Shown piece after piece: positions 19,363 through 28,716 of a stretch of DNA of 64,000 nucleotides. How positions within the stretch are numbered: position 1 is the stretch's first letter; each line of letters starts with the position of its first letter. The notes under the pieces were generated by a model that saw nothing but the letters and a program-made list of their open reading frames with translations, had not been told where the DNA came from and did not search any database. The translations under genes and the position numbers were made by a program. The stretch lies in assembly GCA_963785725.1 (NCBI GenBank), contig CAWAWS010000006.1, positions 96,001 through 160,000 of the forward strand, in the 5' to 3' direction. The stretch is from an uncultured delta proteobacterium (lineage in GTDB: Bacteria; Myxococcota_A; Polyangia; Palsa-1104).

Positions 19363-19911
19363 ATGGCCCGCGATTACTTCGAAGTTTTCGGCCTGCCGCG
19401 CGCGTACCACCTGAGCGCGGCGGAGCTGGAGACGCGCTATCTGGCGCTGCAAATGCAAACGCACCCCGACCGCTTCGCCAAGGCCATGCCGCGCGAGCGG
19501 CTGGAGGCGATCGTGCGCAACACCGAGCTCAACGACGCGTACAAGGTCCTGAAAAACGACATTCGACGCGCCGAATACATATTGAAATTGGAAGGCATCG
19601 ATATCGGCGACGAGAAGCCGCAGGCGACGACGGGCGCCACCAAGCAGCTCGTCGTCGATCCGCGCTTGCTGATGGAAGTGATGGAGCTGCGCGAGGCGTT
19701 GTCGGACGCGCGCAGCGACGGCAAAGACGCGGAGGTCGCGGCCTTGGCGCGCGACGTCGAGGCGCGGCAGAAGACGGCGATGACGATCGTCGACGAAGGT
19801 TACAGCGCGTACGAAGCGGGCGACAAAGGGCGGCTCGATGGCATTGCCCGTGCGCTGGTTTCGTTACGTTATTATCAGCGTTTCATGGACGAAGTAACGG
19901 GTAAGGAGTAG
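19363..19911 (+). CDS. hscB: co-chaperone HscB
   Basis: [14 protein letters not shown]-domain; [15 protein letters not shown]; operon context. Confidence 0.95.
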   Translation: MARDYFEVFGLPRAYHLSAAELETRYLALQMQTHPDRFAKAMPRERLEAIVRNTELNDAYKVLKNDIRRAEYILKLEGIDIGDEKPQATTGATKQLVVDPRLLMEVMELREALSDARSDGKDAEVAALARDVEARQKTAMTIVDEGYSAYEAGDKGRLDGIARALVSLRYYQRFMDEVTGKE

Positions 19912-19913
19912 CG

Positions 19914-21824
19914 ATGGCCGAGGCGTTGTACGACATCGCCGAGCCGGGAGCGTCGAAGCCGAAGGAGGCGTGTGCCGGGCGCGCGATCGGCATCGACCTC
20001 GGCACGACGAACTCTCTGGTGGCCGTCGTGCGCGACGCCAATCCGGTCGCGCTCGCCGACGCCGCGGGGCGCAAGCTCCTGCCGTCGGCGGTGCGTTATC
20101 GCGACGGCGAGGCGCCGATCGTGGGCCCGGACGCGCTGCGCGACGCGGCGCAGTTTCCGCGCGATACCATCGTGTCGGCCAAGCGCTTCATGGGTCGCGG
20201 CGCCAAGGACGCGGAGACGACGCGGCGCTTTACGCCCTATCAGTTCGCGAGCGGCGACGGCACCGTCGTGCGCTTCGAGGTCACCGGCGGACGCGCGGTG
20301 ACGCCGATCGAAGTCTCGGCGGAGATCTTGCGAGCGCTGAAGCTGCGCGCCGAGGCCGAGCTCGGTGGCGCGCTCGACGGCGCCGTCATCACCGTGCCGG
20401 CCTACTTCGACGACGCGCAGCGCCAGGCGACGAAGGACGCGGGCCGCATCGCCGGCCTCGAGGTCTTGCGTCTGCTCAACGAGCCGACGGCGGCGGCGCT
20501 GGCGTACGGCCTCGACAAGAAGTCCGAAGGGACGTTCGCCGTCTACGATCTGGGCGGCGGCACGTTCGACATCTCGATTCTGAAGCTCACGGGCGGCGTG
20601 TTCGAGGTGAAGTCGACGGGCGGCGACACGGCGCTCGGCGGCGACGATTTCGATCGCGCGCTGGCCGAAGTCATCCTCGCCAAGACCGGCGCTGACGCGG
20701 CGTTGGATGCGTCGGCGCAGCGCGCGTTGCTCGATCGCGCGCGGGCGGTCAAGCATCGGCTGACGACGGAGACGGCGGTCGCGCTCGACGGCGGCGCCAG
20801 CGTGACGCGCGCCGAGTTCGACGCGGCCATCGAGCCGATTATCGCGCGGACGAAGGCCACCTGTCTGCGCGCGCTCAAGGACGCGGGCGCCGACGCGGCG
20901 CAGCTCGACGGCGTCATACTCGTCGGCGGCGCGACGCGCGTGCCGGCGGTGCGCGCGTTCGTGCGCGAGCTGTTCGGTCGCGAGCCGCTGGCGGACATCG
21001 ATCCCGACGAGGTCGTCGCGCTCGGCGCCGCGGTGCAGGCCGATCTGCTCGCCGGCGCCGGTCCGCGGCAGGACGTGCTGCTCCTCGACGTCATTCCGCT
21101 GTCGCTCGGGCTCGAGCTCATGGGCGGCGTGGTCGAGAAGATCATCCCGCGCAACTCGACGATTCCGACGGGCGCCAAGCAAACGTTTACGACGTACGCC
21201 GATCAGCAGACCGGGTTCGACTTGCATGTCGTGCAGGGCGAGCGCGAGACCGTCGCCGAGTGCCGCTCGCTGGCGCGTTTTCAGCTGACCGGGATTCCGC
21301 CGATGGGCGCCGGCCTGGCGCGGCTCGAGGTCACGTTCATCGTCGACGCCGACGGGATTTTGCGCGTCATGGCCAAAGAGGAGACGACCGGCAAGGAGTC
21401 CTCCGTCGAGGTCAAGCCGACGTACGGGCTGTCGGAGGAGCAGATCGAGAAGATGCTCTTCGACTCCTATGAATATGCCGAGGAGGATTTGAAGGCGCGC
21501 TTGCTGGCCGAGGCGCGCGTCGAGTCCGATCGCATCTTGTCGGCGTTGGAGCGGGCGCTGGCGGTCGACGGGCGGCTGCTCTCACCGGCGGAGCGCGCCG
21601 ACATCGACGCGCAGGTCGCCGGCTTGCGGCAGGCGGCGCAGGGCGAGGATCACCGCGCGATTCGCGAGCGCACCGAGAAGCTCGACTTGGCGACGAAGCC
21701 GTTCGCCGAGCGGCGCATGAACGAGGGAATTCGGCGCGCCATCGGCGGTCAGCAGGTGGGCGCCATCGAGAAGCAGGTCGAGCACGCCAAAGGCACGGCC
21801 GCGCACGAAGGGATACGGGACTGA
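19914..21824 (+). CDS. hscA: Hsp70 chaperone HscA
   Basis: [51 protein letters not shown]; operon context. Confidence 0.95.
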   Translation: MAEALYDIAEPGASKPKEACAGRAIGIDLGTTNSLVAVVRDANPVALADAAGRKLLPSAVRYRDGEAPIVGPDALRDAAQFPRDTIVSAKRFMGRGAKDAETTRRFTPYQFASGDGTVVRFEVTGGRAVTPIEVSAEILRALKLRAEAELGGALDGAVITVPAYFDDAQRQATKDAGRIAGLEVLRLLNEPTAAALAYGLDKKSEGTFAVYDLGGGTFDISILKLTGGVFEVKSTGGDTALGGDDFDRALAEVILAKTGADAALDASAQRALLDRARAVKHRLTTETAVALDGGASVTRAEFDAAIEPIIARTKATCLRALKDAGADAAQLDGVILVGGATRVPAVRAFVRELFGREPLADIDPDEVVALGAAVQADLLAGAGPRQDVLLLDVIPLSLGLELMGGVVEKIIPRNSTIPTGAKQTFTTYADQQTGFDLHVVQGERETVAECRSLARFQLTGIPPMGAGLARLEVTFIVDADGILRVMAKEETTGKESSVEVKPTYGLSEEQIEKMLFDSYEYAEEDLKARLLAEARVESDRILSALERALAVDGRLLSPAERADIDAQVAGLRQAAQGEDHRAIRERTEKLDLATKPFAERRMNEGIRRAIGGQQVGAIEKQVEHAKGTAAHEGIRD

Positions 21825-22192
21825 TGCCGAAGGTGACGTTCATGCCCGATGGAATCTCGATCGAGGTCGAGCCGGGCACATCGATTTTGAAGGCGGCGAA
21901 GTCGGCGCATGCGCCGGTCGGGTACGCGTGCGGCGGCGTGTGCGCGTGCTCGACGTGCCACGTGTACGTCAAGCAGGGCGGCGACTCGTTGAGCGAGCAG
22001 GAAGAGAGCGAGGAGGACATCCTCGACAAGGCGTTCGACGTGAAGTCGAGCTCGCGGCTCAGCTGTCAGTCGAAGGTGGGCGACGCCGATGTCGTCGTCG
22101 AGATTACGCGCGAGTCGCGGCAGGCTTGGCTCGACGAGCATCCCGAGGAGCGCGCGAAGGCCAAGCAGGCCGGCAGCAGCGTCGCCGGGTAG
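21824..22192 (+). CDS. fdx: ISC-type [2Fe-2S] ferredoxin
   Basis: ACGGVCACSTCHV..SRLSCQ; TGATG coupling to hscA. Confidence 0.96.
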   Translation: MPKVTFMPDGISIEVEPGTSILKAAKSAHAPVGYACGGVCACSTCHVYVKQGGDSLSEQEESEEDILDKAFDVKSSSRLSCQSKVGDADVVVEITRESRQAWLDEHPEERAKAKQAGSSVAG

Positions 22193-22267
22193 CGTCGGCG
22201 GCGATTTCCTGCGCGGCGATTCGCGGCGGTCCCTACGCAGAGCACGCTCCGATGATTGTATTCGACA

Positions 22268-22403
22268 GTCAACTTGCTTGACTAAAAGGTAAACCGAATT
22301 GACTAATCGCTGACGGCGCGCCTGGCCGGGCCATCGCGGCTCGCGACCCCTACGCACCAGTCGCTTGGTCAAGTCGGTTTACTACTTGGTAAGGCTACTT
22401 GAC
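22268..22403. repeat. four GTCAA-N5-TTGAC-type palindromes in two pairs
   Basis: 22268-22282, 22289-22303, 22368-22382 and 22389-22403; 6-nt spacers within each pair. Confidence 0.8.
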
Positions 22404-22616
22404 GAATTCGGCTTGCGCGTCGGACGCTTCGGCGACGGTGTCGATATGCGCGAGCGGCAGTCGCACGCGCCGCGCACCGACGGCGAAGACGGCGAAGTCG
22501 GTCTCGAACGCCGTCAGTCGGCCGCACAGATAGTGGAACGTCGTCGTGCCGATGATGAGCTTGTGTCCCAAGAGGCCGGCCAGGCGCGCGCGCCCGTCGC
22601 CGGTCGGCGCCGTCAT
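22395..22616 (-). CDS. small hypothetical protein (possible Sm-like beta fold)
   Basis: 73-aa ORF translationally coupled (TGATG) to the enoyl-CoA hydratase gene; GC3-rich codons. Confidence 0.6.
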   Translation of the reverse strand: MTAPTGDGRARLAGLLGHKLIIGTTTFHYLCGRLTAFETDFAVFAVGARRVRLPLAHIDTVAEASDAQAEFVK

Positions 22617-23401
22617 CAGCGGCCCTTGAATACCGGCGTCCGCTTGTCGACGTAGGCGGCGATGCCCTCTTTGGCGTCGTCGCTGACGAACAGCTGTTGC
22701 TGCAGCTCGCGCTCGAGCGTCAGGCCGGACGCGAAGTCCATCTCCAAGCCGCTCACGACCGCGCGCTTGATGTATCCGACCGCCTTCGACGCCTTGTTCG
22801 GCGGCACGAAGCGACGCGCGTATTCGGCCACGGCCGCGTCGAATCCGCTGTCGTCGACGATCGCGTTGACGAGCCCGAGCGTCTGCGCCTCCTCGACGGA
22901 CAGGTTGGTGCCGAACGCCATGAGCTCGATTGCCTTGCTGCGCCCGACGAGCCGTGCCAGCCGCTGTGTGCCGCCGGTGCCGGGCAGCACGCCCAGCGCG
23001 ACTTCGGGCAGGCCGATCTTGGCCTTTCCGCGGCGCGCGATCCGCAGATCGCAGGCCATCGCCACTTCCAGGCCGCCGCCGACACAGTGACCGTTGATGG
23101 CCGCGATCACGAGCTTGGGCGTTTGCTCGAGGCGGCTGAGCGTCTCGTTGGCGTGCAGGCAGAAGTTGTATTTGAACGTCGGTGTCGCCGAGGCCAGCAT
23201 GCGAATGTCGGCACCGGCGCAGAAGAACTTGTCGCCCTCGCCGCGCACGACGAGGACGTGCGCGCTCTCGTCCATTCGCGCGCGCAGGATGGCGGCGTCG
23301 AGCTCCTGCATCATTTCGTAGCTGTAGGTGTTGGCCGGCGGATCGCGCAACGTCAGCGTGGCCACGCCGCCGTCGACGGAATAGAGGACTTTTTCGCCCA
23401 T
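22616..23401 (-). CDS. enoyl-CoA hydratase/isomerase family protein
   Basis: FFCAGADI, AINGHCVGGGLEVAMACDLR and GLPEVALGVLPGTGGTQRL motifs. Confidence 0.95.
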   Translation of the reverse strand: MGEKVLYSVDGGVATLTLRDPPANTYSYEMMQELDAAILRARMDESAHVLVVRGEGDKFFCAGADIRMLASATPTFKYNFCLHANETLSRLEQTPKLVIAAINGHCVGGGLEVAMACDLRIARRGKAKIGLPEVALGVLPGTGGTQRLARLVGRSKAIELMAFGTNLSVEEAQTLGLVNAIVDDSGFDAAVAEYARRFVPPNKASKAVGYIKRAVVSGLEMDFASGLTLERELQQQLFVSDDAKEGIAAYVDKRTPVFKGR

Positions 23402-23422
23402 GATGCGGGCGATAGTACGGGC

Positions 23423-23635
23423 TTAGACGGCTTTGGCCAAGCGGATGCGGACCGTCGCCTCGTCACTGCGCGCGAGCTTGGCGCCGGCGCGACCGACGAC
23501 GAGGCCGCCGTCCCAGGTCAAGATCATGTCGCGAGAGCAGAGCTCGCACGGAATGCGGAAGCGCCACGACGCGCTGTCCGACCCGAGCACCTGATGCTCG
23601 CAGCCGCACCACGGACACTGGAAGTCGAGCTTCAT
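23423..23635 (-). CDS. small zinc-ribbon-like protein (70 aa)
   Basis: MKLDFQCPWCGCEH..IPCELC. The longer upstream extension in the ORF track runs through the repeat array and is not accepted. Confidence 0.6.
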   Translation of the reverse strand: MKLDFQCPWCGCEHQVLGSDSASWRFRIPCELCSRDMILTWDGGLVVGRAGAKLARSDEATVRIRLAKAV

Positions 23636-23806
23636 CCTTGGATGGTCGCGGCCTCCGTCCACGATCGCAAATTTTTTGCCGATCCTTTGCCGCACCGCGC
23701 TGTCTCGCGAATGCGACGCTCGCGACGAATCGGCGACGCGCGCGCCGCAATCCTGCGCTATTCGGCGCGAGCTGCCGAGAATCCGCGGGTGAATACGCGG
23801 CAATTC

Positions 23807-23911
23807 GTCAGGCAAGCTGACTATGTCGTCAAGCAAGTTGACGAATTCGAGTTGGTCAACTTGCTTGATTAAATAGTCAATCAGGTTGACGAAATGGTCA
23901 GGCAGGTTGAC
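23807..23911. repeat. five GTCA(A/G)-N5-(T/C)TGA(C/T) palindromes, mostly on a 21-bp period
   Basis: 23807-23821, 23828-23842, 23855-23869, 23876-23890 and 23897-23911. Confidence 0.85.
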
Positions 23912-24036
23912 GAAGTGCAATGACTCGAAGGTCACGACAGGCGTCGTTGGCCTGGTGAAGCTGCTGGGTGAGTGCGGCGTCGATGGGGCGATTCATCTGT
24001 CGCCGCGAAGAATGGGTCGGGCGATTCGTCGGGTCG

Positions 24037-24477
24037 TCAGGGCGCGGGCGGCTCCGGCTTCGGCGCCGACAGTCGGACTGCCGCGACGGCCGCGCCGAGC
24101 AGCGCAATGTCGCGCAAGACGGTCCAGGCGGTGACCGGTCCCGAGCCGCCGCCGAAGCAGCCGCAGTCGATGTTGATGCCTCGGGCGACCACTTGCCCAA
24201 CGGCCGCCGTGAACACGGCGAGCATGCCGGCCATCGCCAGCGCCGCCGCCCGTCGCCACTGCACCGGTGCCGCCACCAACGCCACGCCGAGCGCGATCTC
24301 GATCGCCGGCAGCGTCGCCGCCAAATACGGCGCCAGCTCGGGCAAAAAGCGATAGTTCACGATCTCGGTCGCGAACGCGGTCGGCTGCGCCAGCTTGAGC
24401 ACGCCGGCGAGCACGAACAGCCCGCCGAGGCCGAGCCGCAGCGACCATCCGAGCGCCAGTCGCAGCGGCGCGCTCAA
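24037..24477 (-). CDS. DoxX/MauE-family membrane protein
   Basis: LRLGLGGLFVLAGVLKL..P..F, EIALG, GINIDCGCFG and RD motifs. TTG start overlaps the rhodanese stop. Confidence 0.88.
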   Translation of the reverse strand: MSAPLRLALGWSLRLGLGGLFVLAGVLKLAQPTAFATEIVNYRFLPELAPYLAATLPAIEIALGVALVAAPVQWRRAAALAMAGMLAVFTAAVGQVVARGINIDCGCFGGGSGPVTAWTVLRDIALLGAAVAAVRLSAPKPEPPAP

Positions 24478-25322
24478 CGGACGCCGCCGCCCGGCGCGGC
24501 AGTCGCGCCACTGCCGTTCTGCGCGCCGCTGCCCGGCGCGGCAGTTGCGCCATTGCCGTTCTGCGCGCCGCCGCTCGGCGCGGCAGTCGCGCCAGCCTGC
24601 GCGCCGCCGCTCGGCGCGGCAGTCGCGCCAGTCTGCGCGCCGCCGCTCGGCGCGGCAGTCGCGCCAGCCTGCGCGCCGCCGCTCGGCGCGGCAGTCGCGC
24701 CAGTCTGCGCGCCGCCGCTCGGCGCGGCAGTCGCGCCACTCTGCGCGCCGACTGCAGGCGCGACCGTCGCGCCGCCGCTCTGCCCGACGCCGCTCTGCGC
24801 AGCGGCGGCGCCCGCCGCGCCCGTCTTGCACTCGTCACACGGCCCCGACGCGCACGCCAATCCCGCGCTCGACCACGCCCCGAACCCACCCGCCAACACC
24901 TGCACGCGCGCGTTCGGATGTCGTCGCCGCAAGCTGTCCGCCACCGGCCGCGCGTCCTCGCTCGTCGCCCCATACACGACGATGCGCTGCGCCCGCTCGA
25001 AATGCGCCAACGCCTCGCCGGCCGCGCCCCCGGCGTCACACGGCAAATGCACCGCGCCCGCGACGTGACCCTCGGCAAACGCGCTCGCCGCTCGCGCATC
25101 GGCGACGACCACCCCCGGCTGCCCGCACAACCCAGCCGCGTCCGCCGGCGCCAAATCCTCGGCGCCCGCCGCGGCCTTGCCGTCATGCGGCCCCGTGCAC
25201 TCCGTCGGCGGCGCGAACGACGCCAGCGCCACGCCGCCCGGTCGCACGGCGTTCGTCACCAACCCCACCGCCGCCGCGCCGACCACCAGCGTCAGCGCGC
25301 GCACCCAAATGGCCGACGTCAT
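24474..25322 (-). CDS. membrane-anchored rhodanese-like protein with repetitive C-terminal tail
   Basis: N-terminal TM..N..RP.G; DAR...FAEGHVAGAVHLP; VLAGGFGAW. IVVYG has Gly at the usual active-site Cys position. Confidence 0.8.
   Translation of the reverse strand: MTSAIWVRALTLVVGAAAVGLVTNAVRPGGVALASFAPPTECTGPHDGKAAAGAEDLAPADAAGLCGQPGVVVADARAASAFAEGHVAGAVHLPCDAGGAAGEALAHFERAQRIVVYGATSEDARPVADSLRRRHPNARVQVLAGGFGAWSSAGLACASGPCDECKTGAAGAAAAQSGVGQSGGATVAPAVGAQSGATAAPSGGAQTGATAAPSGGAQAGATAAPSGGAQTGATAAPSGGAQAGATAAPSGGAQNGNGATAAPGSGAQNGSGATAAPGGGVR
24484..24780 (-). repeat. 36/42-bp coding tandem repeat (GATAAPSGGAQx)
   Basis: About seven units of gcgccgccgctcggcgcggcagtcgcgcca(g)..., alternating A/T variants. 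Confidence 0.9.
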
Positions 25323-25328
25323 GCCCGA

Positions 25329-26216
25329 TCAACAGATCCGATCGCGCAGCTCTTCCAGCACGCGCGATTCTCGCAATTGCCCCAAGGCCTCGCCCAGTTG
25401 CGCCGCCAGCTGCTCCCGCCGCGCCATCTCCGCGCGCAACAGCGCCAGCGCGCCCGGCTGCCCCGCGCCATCGGCGCGCACGACGAACTTCTCGACGAGC
25501 GGCAGGTGCACGTCGGTGTCATGCAGCGCGCCCAGCGTCTCCTGCAGCGCCGACAGCTTGTCGAGCAGCGCCGCCAGCGGCTCGGGAAACGCCGGCGCCG
25601 CCAGCTCCGCGACATAGCGCAGCTTCTTGACCGCGATGCGCAGCCGATGCGCCGTCGTCGGGTCGGGCGACTCGAGCGTCCGCTTGGCCAGCTTGCGCAC
25701 CGTCTGCAGCCGCTCGTCGAGCCGCTCGCGCAGGCAGCGACCGCCGAGTCGACCGTGCTGCTCGAGGCCGGCGATCGCCTGCGCCACCGCGTCGGCCTCG
25801 TCGCGCCAGGCCGCGATCGCCTCGTGCACCGCTTCGATGCGCCAGGGCAGCTTCTTCTCGCGCGTCTGCTTCAGCGCCACGATGCCCGAGTGATCGGCCT
25901 CCCGTCCGGCGCGCGCCGCCTCGTCGAGCCACGAAAGCTGCACCTGCAGCTCGCGCAGCCCGCCGAGCGCGTCGCCCAGCCGCTTGACCGCCTGGTGCGC
26001 GGTTTCGAGCTGCTTTTTACGGTCGAACAGCTGCAGCGCCGCGCGCATTCGCCGCGACGCGACGCGCATGTCGTGCACATCGTCGGGCTCGGCGTCGGTC
26101 GTCAACCGGTCCTCGTATTGACGCAGCTCACCCAAGCGGGCGGTCAGCGTCTTCTTGGCTGCGTCTTCCAGCGGGCTGTCGGCATCGATGCCTTCGATGG
26201 TCGCGGGCTTGGCCAT
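25329..26216 (-). CDS. CHAD-domain (polyphosphate-binding) protein
   Basis: VHDMRVASRRMRA, LGGLRELQV, HRLRIAVKKLRY and LQETLGALHD motifs. Confidence 0.92.
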   Translation of the reverse strand: MAKPATIEGIDADSPLEDAAKKTLTARLGELRQYEDRLTTDAEPDDVHDMRVASRRMRAALQLFDRKKQLETAHQAVKRLGDALGGLRELQVQLSWLDEAARAGREADHSGIVALKQTREKKLPWRIEAVHEAIAAWRDEADAVAQAIAGLEQHGRLGGRCLRERLDERLQTVRKLAKRTLESPDPTTAHRLRIAVKKLRYVAELAAPAFPEPLAALLDKLSALQETLGALHDTDVHLPLVEKFVVRADGAGQPGALALLRAEMARREQLAAQLGEALGQLRESRVLEELRDRIC

Positions 26217-26224
26217 GGCGATGC

Positions 26225-26232
26225 ATTATACT
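26225..26232. promoter_or_regulatory. overlapping divergent -10 boxes (TATAAT on -, TATACT on +)
   Basis: attatact lies in the 25-bp gap between the CHAD and helicase start codons, 8 and 9 nt from the two ATGs. Confidence 0.6.
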
Positions 26233-26241
26233 CAGACCTTC

Positions 26242-28716
26242 ATGCGCAAGCTGCTCCCTCCCGATTCTTCGTCCAGGGTCCTCGTCGATGAGGAGCTGGC
26301 GCAGCTGAGCCGCGTGCACGCCCTCGTCGCCAAAGGCGGCGAACCGAACGCCGCCAGCGACGCCCGCGACTTCGAGCGCGACCTCATCGCCCTGCGCGAC
26401 CAGATCGCCGACGAGAAAGCCGAAGACTTGCCGTCGCTGGTGGAGCAGATGACGCGTGTCTCGGCGCTGGCGCAGGGTCGGCGCAACAAGTCGACGGTGC
26501 CGATCGACGCCGCGTCGCCCTATTTCGCGCACATGCGCCTGCAGTCCGAAGGCAAGCCCGGCCACAAGCAGGACGTCACCGACGTGCTCATTGGCCGCCG
26601 CAGCCTCATCGATCGCGCCGCCGGCGTGCAGATCGTCGACTGGCGCGACGCACCCGTCTCGCAGGTCTACTACCGCTACGACGAAGGCGACGACTACGAC
26701 GAGGAGGTCGCCGGCGGCACCTTGCGCGGCGTCGTCCTCGCGCGCCGCAACGTCAGCATCGCCATGGGCAAGCTGCGCCGCATCGGCTGCCCGCAAGGCA
26801 CGTTCGTCAGCTCCGGCGAGGGCGAATGGTTCGAGGTCGGCGGCGAAGAGATCGCCCTCTTGGCCGGCGGACAAGGCACGGCCGCGCGTCCGCCGCGCCC
26901 CGGTCCGCCGCAGCCGCGCGGCACCAAGCGACGCATGGAGACGGCGCGCTCGCAGCACGACGCCAACAAGGCGCTGCCCGAGATCGCCGCGCTCATCGAT
27001 CGCGCGCAGTTCGACCTCATCACCGAGCCGGGCGCCGGCCTCATCGTCATCCAAGGCGGCGCCGGCTCGGGCAAGACGACGGTGGCGCTGCATCGCATCG
27101 CCTATCTCATCTTCAACGATCCGCAGAAGTTCAAGCCGTCGCGCTGCCTGTTCGTCGTGCCGTCGGAGGCGCTGGCGCGTTATGTCGCCGGCGTCTTGCC
27201 GGCGCTCGGCGTGCAAGGCGTGCCGGTGACGACGTTCCGCAGCTGGGCGCGCAACCTGCGCAAGCGGCTGGTGCCGTCGGCGCCCGACAAGTACGCCGAG
27301 GACACGCCGGCGGGGGTCGCGCGGCTCAAGAAGCACCCGGCGCTCCTCCAGCTCGTCGAAAAGGCGGTCGAGGTCGAGCTGACGGCGGCGCGCGCCTATT
27401 TGACCGAGCGGCTCGGCGACGCGCCCGGCGCCGGCTGGGTGCTCGAGATGTGGGACAAGCACGCCAAGCGCTCGCCGCTCGGTCGCGCCCGCGCCACGCG
27501 TCGCTCGGTGGAAAAGCAGATGCAAGCGCGCGCCGGCGAGCCGACCGCCGAATCCGCCGACCTCGCGGCGCCGACGGCGCACACGGCCGAGCAGGCGCTG
27601 AAGAAGGTCGAACGGCGCATCGGCGACGTGCGCCGCATCCTGTTCGAGCTCTTGACCGATCGCGGCCGTTTGGAGGCCTTGCGCGCGCCCGAGGTCCTCG
27701 AGCCGGCGTTGGCGCGCGAGATCGAAGAGCTGGTGCGGCGCTCGACGGCGCAGGTGGAAGAGCGCCTGCCCGAAGAGTACGAAGGCGTCGACGAAGATCG
27801 CTTAAAGCCCATCGACGGCCTGCCCCTCGAAGACTCCAGCGACGACGGTCAAGCGCGCGGCCGCCTCGACGAAGAGGACGACGCGTTGTTGCTGCGGCTG
27901 TATCAGCTGGTCCACGGTCAGCTGACCCGTGTCGATGGTGAGCCGCTCGTCTACGACCACATCGCGCTCGACGAAGCCCAAGATCTGTCGGCCGCCGAGG
28001 TCAAGCTGCTCTACTTCGCCACCGACGAGCAGCACTCGGTGACGATCGCCGGCGACGTCGCGCAGCGGGTCATCTTCGACAACGCCTTTCGCGGCTGGGA
28101 GTCGCTGCTCTCCGACATCGGCGTCGACGCGGCGGTGCGCATTCGTCCGCTCAAGCTCGCTTATCGCTCGACGGCGCCGGTCATGCGCTTCGCGCAGCGC
28201 GTGCTCGGCCCGCTGCTCCCCGCCGACGCCGCCGAGATCGAAGCGCGCCCCGGCGCCGAGGTGTCGCTGCACCCGTTCGAAGGCATGGGCGAGGCCGTCG
28301 GCTTCGTCGCCGACGCGCTGCGCTCGCTCATCGGCCGCGAGTCGGCGGCGTCGGTGGCGCTGCTGACGCGTCACGCCGGCCAAGCCGACGCCTGGTACGC
28401 CGCGCTCGCCCGCGCCGAGGTGCCGCAGCTGCGCCGCGTCCGTCGCCAGGACTTCGCGTTCGCGCCCGGCGTCGACGTGACCGAGGTCGGCCAAGTCAAA
28501 GGCCTCGAGTTCGACTACGTGATCTTGTTGGATGTGAACGATTCGAGCTATCCCGACTCGATCGAAGCGCGCCATCTCTTGCACATCGGAGCGACGCGCG
28601 CGACGCATCAGCTGTGGCTGGTGTCGACGGGCAAGCTGTCGCCGCTGGTCGCGGCCGCCGTCGCCGAAGAGGCCGCGGCTACAGCTTCAGACCAATCGAT
28701 TTCGCCTGCTTCTTGA
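26242..28716 (+). CDS. HelD/UvrD-like SF1 helicase/ATPase
   Basis: SPYFAHM, IVDWRDAPVS..YY, QGGAGSGKTTVALHRIAYL, DEAQD, GDVAQ, YRST, KGLEFD and ATRA motifs. Confidence 0.9.
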   Translation: MRKLLPPDSSSRVLVDEELAQLSRVHALVAKGGEPNAASDARDFERDLIALRDQIADEKAEDLPSLVEQMTRVSALAQGRRNKSTVPIDAASPYFAHMRLQSEGKPGHKQDVTDVLIGRRSLIDRAAGVQIVDWRDAPVSQVYYRYDEGDDYDEEVAGGTLRGVVLARRNVSIAMGKLRRIGCPQGTFVSSGEGEWFEVGGEEIALLAGGQGTAARPPRPGPPQPRGTKRRMETARSQHDANKALPEIAALIDRAQFDLITEPGAGLIVIQGGAGSGKTTVALHRIAYLIFNDPQKFKPSRCLFVVPSEALARYVAGVLPALGVQGVPVTTFRSWARNLRKRLVPSAPDKYAEDTPAGVARLKKHPALLQLVEKAVEVELTAARAYLTERLGDAPGAGWVLEMWDKHAKRSPLGRARATRRSVEKQMQARAGEPTAESADLAAPTAHTAEQALKKVERRIGDVRRILFELLTDRGRLEALRAPEVLEPALAREIEELVRRSTAQVEERLPEEYEGVDEDRLKPIDGLPLEDSSDDGQARGRLDEEDDALLLRLYQLVHGQLTRVDGEPLVYDHIALDEAQDLSAAEVKLLYFATDEQHSVTIAGDVAQRVIFDNAFRGWESLLSDIGVDAAVRIRPLKLAYRSTAPVMRFAQRVLGPLLPADAAEIEARPGAEVSLHPFEGMGEAVGFVADALRSLIGRESAASVALLTRHAGQADAWYAALARAEVPQLRRVRRQDFAFAPGVDVTEVGQVKGLEFDYVILLDVNDSSYPDSIEARHLLHIGATRATHQLWLVSTGKLSPLVAAAVAEEAAATASDQSISPAS

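Noticed and set aside
23807..23911. Palindrome array as CRISPR or FNR/CRP sites
   Set aside because: Units are 15 bp with 6-nt gaps, too short for CRISPR. The spacing differs from FNR TTGAT-N4-ATCAA.
23636..23935. N-terminal extension of ORF 23423..23935 as a heptad-repeat protein
   Set aside because: The heptads arise from the 21-bp DNA period; codon usage is atypical, and the protein-like sequence begins at ATG 23635.
24484..24780. 36-bp direct repeats as a CRISPR array
   Set aside because: Units abut without unique spacers, keep the reading frame of the rhodanese tail, and no cas genes are present.
26242..28716. Rifamycin-resistance HelR
   Set aside because: No rifamycin-associated element fits in the 25-bp upstream gap; only a generic HelD/UvrD-like call is supported.
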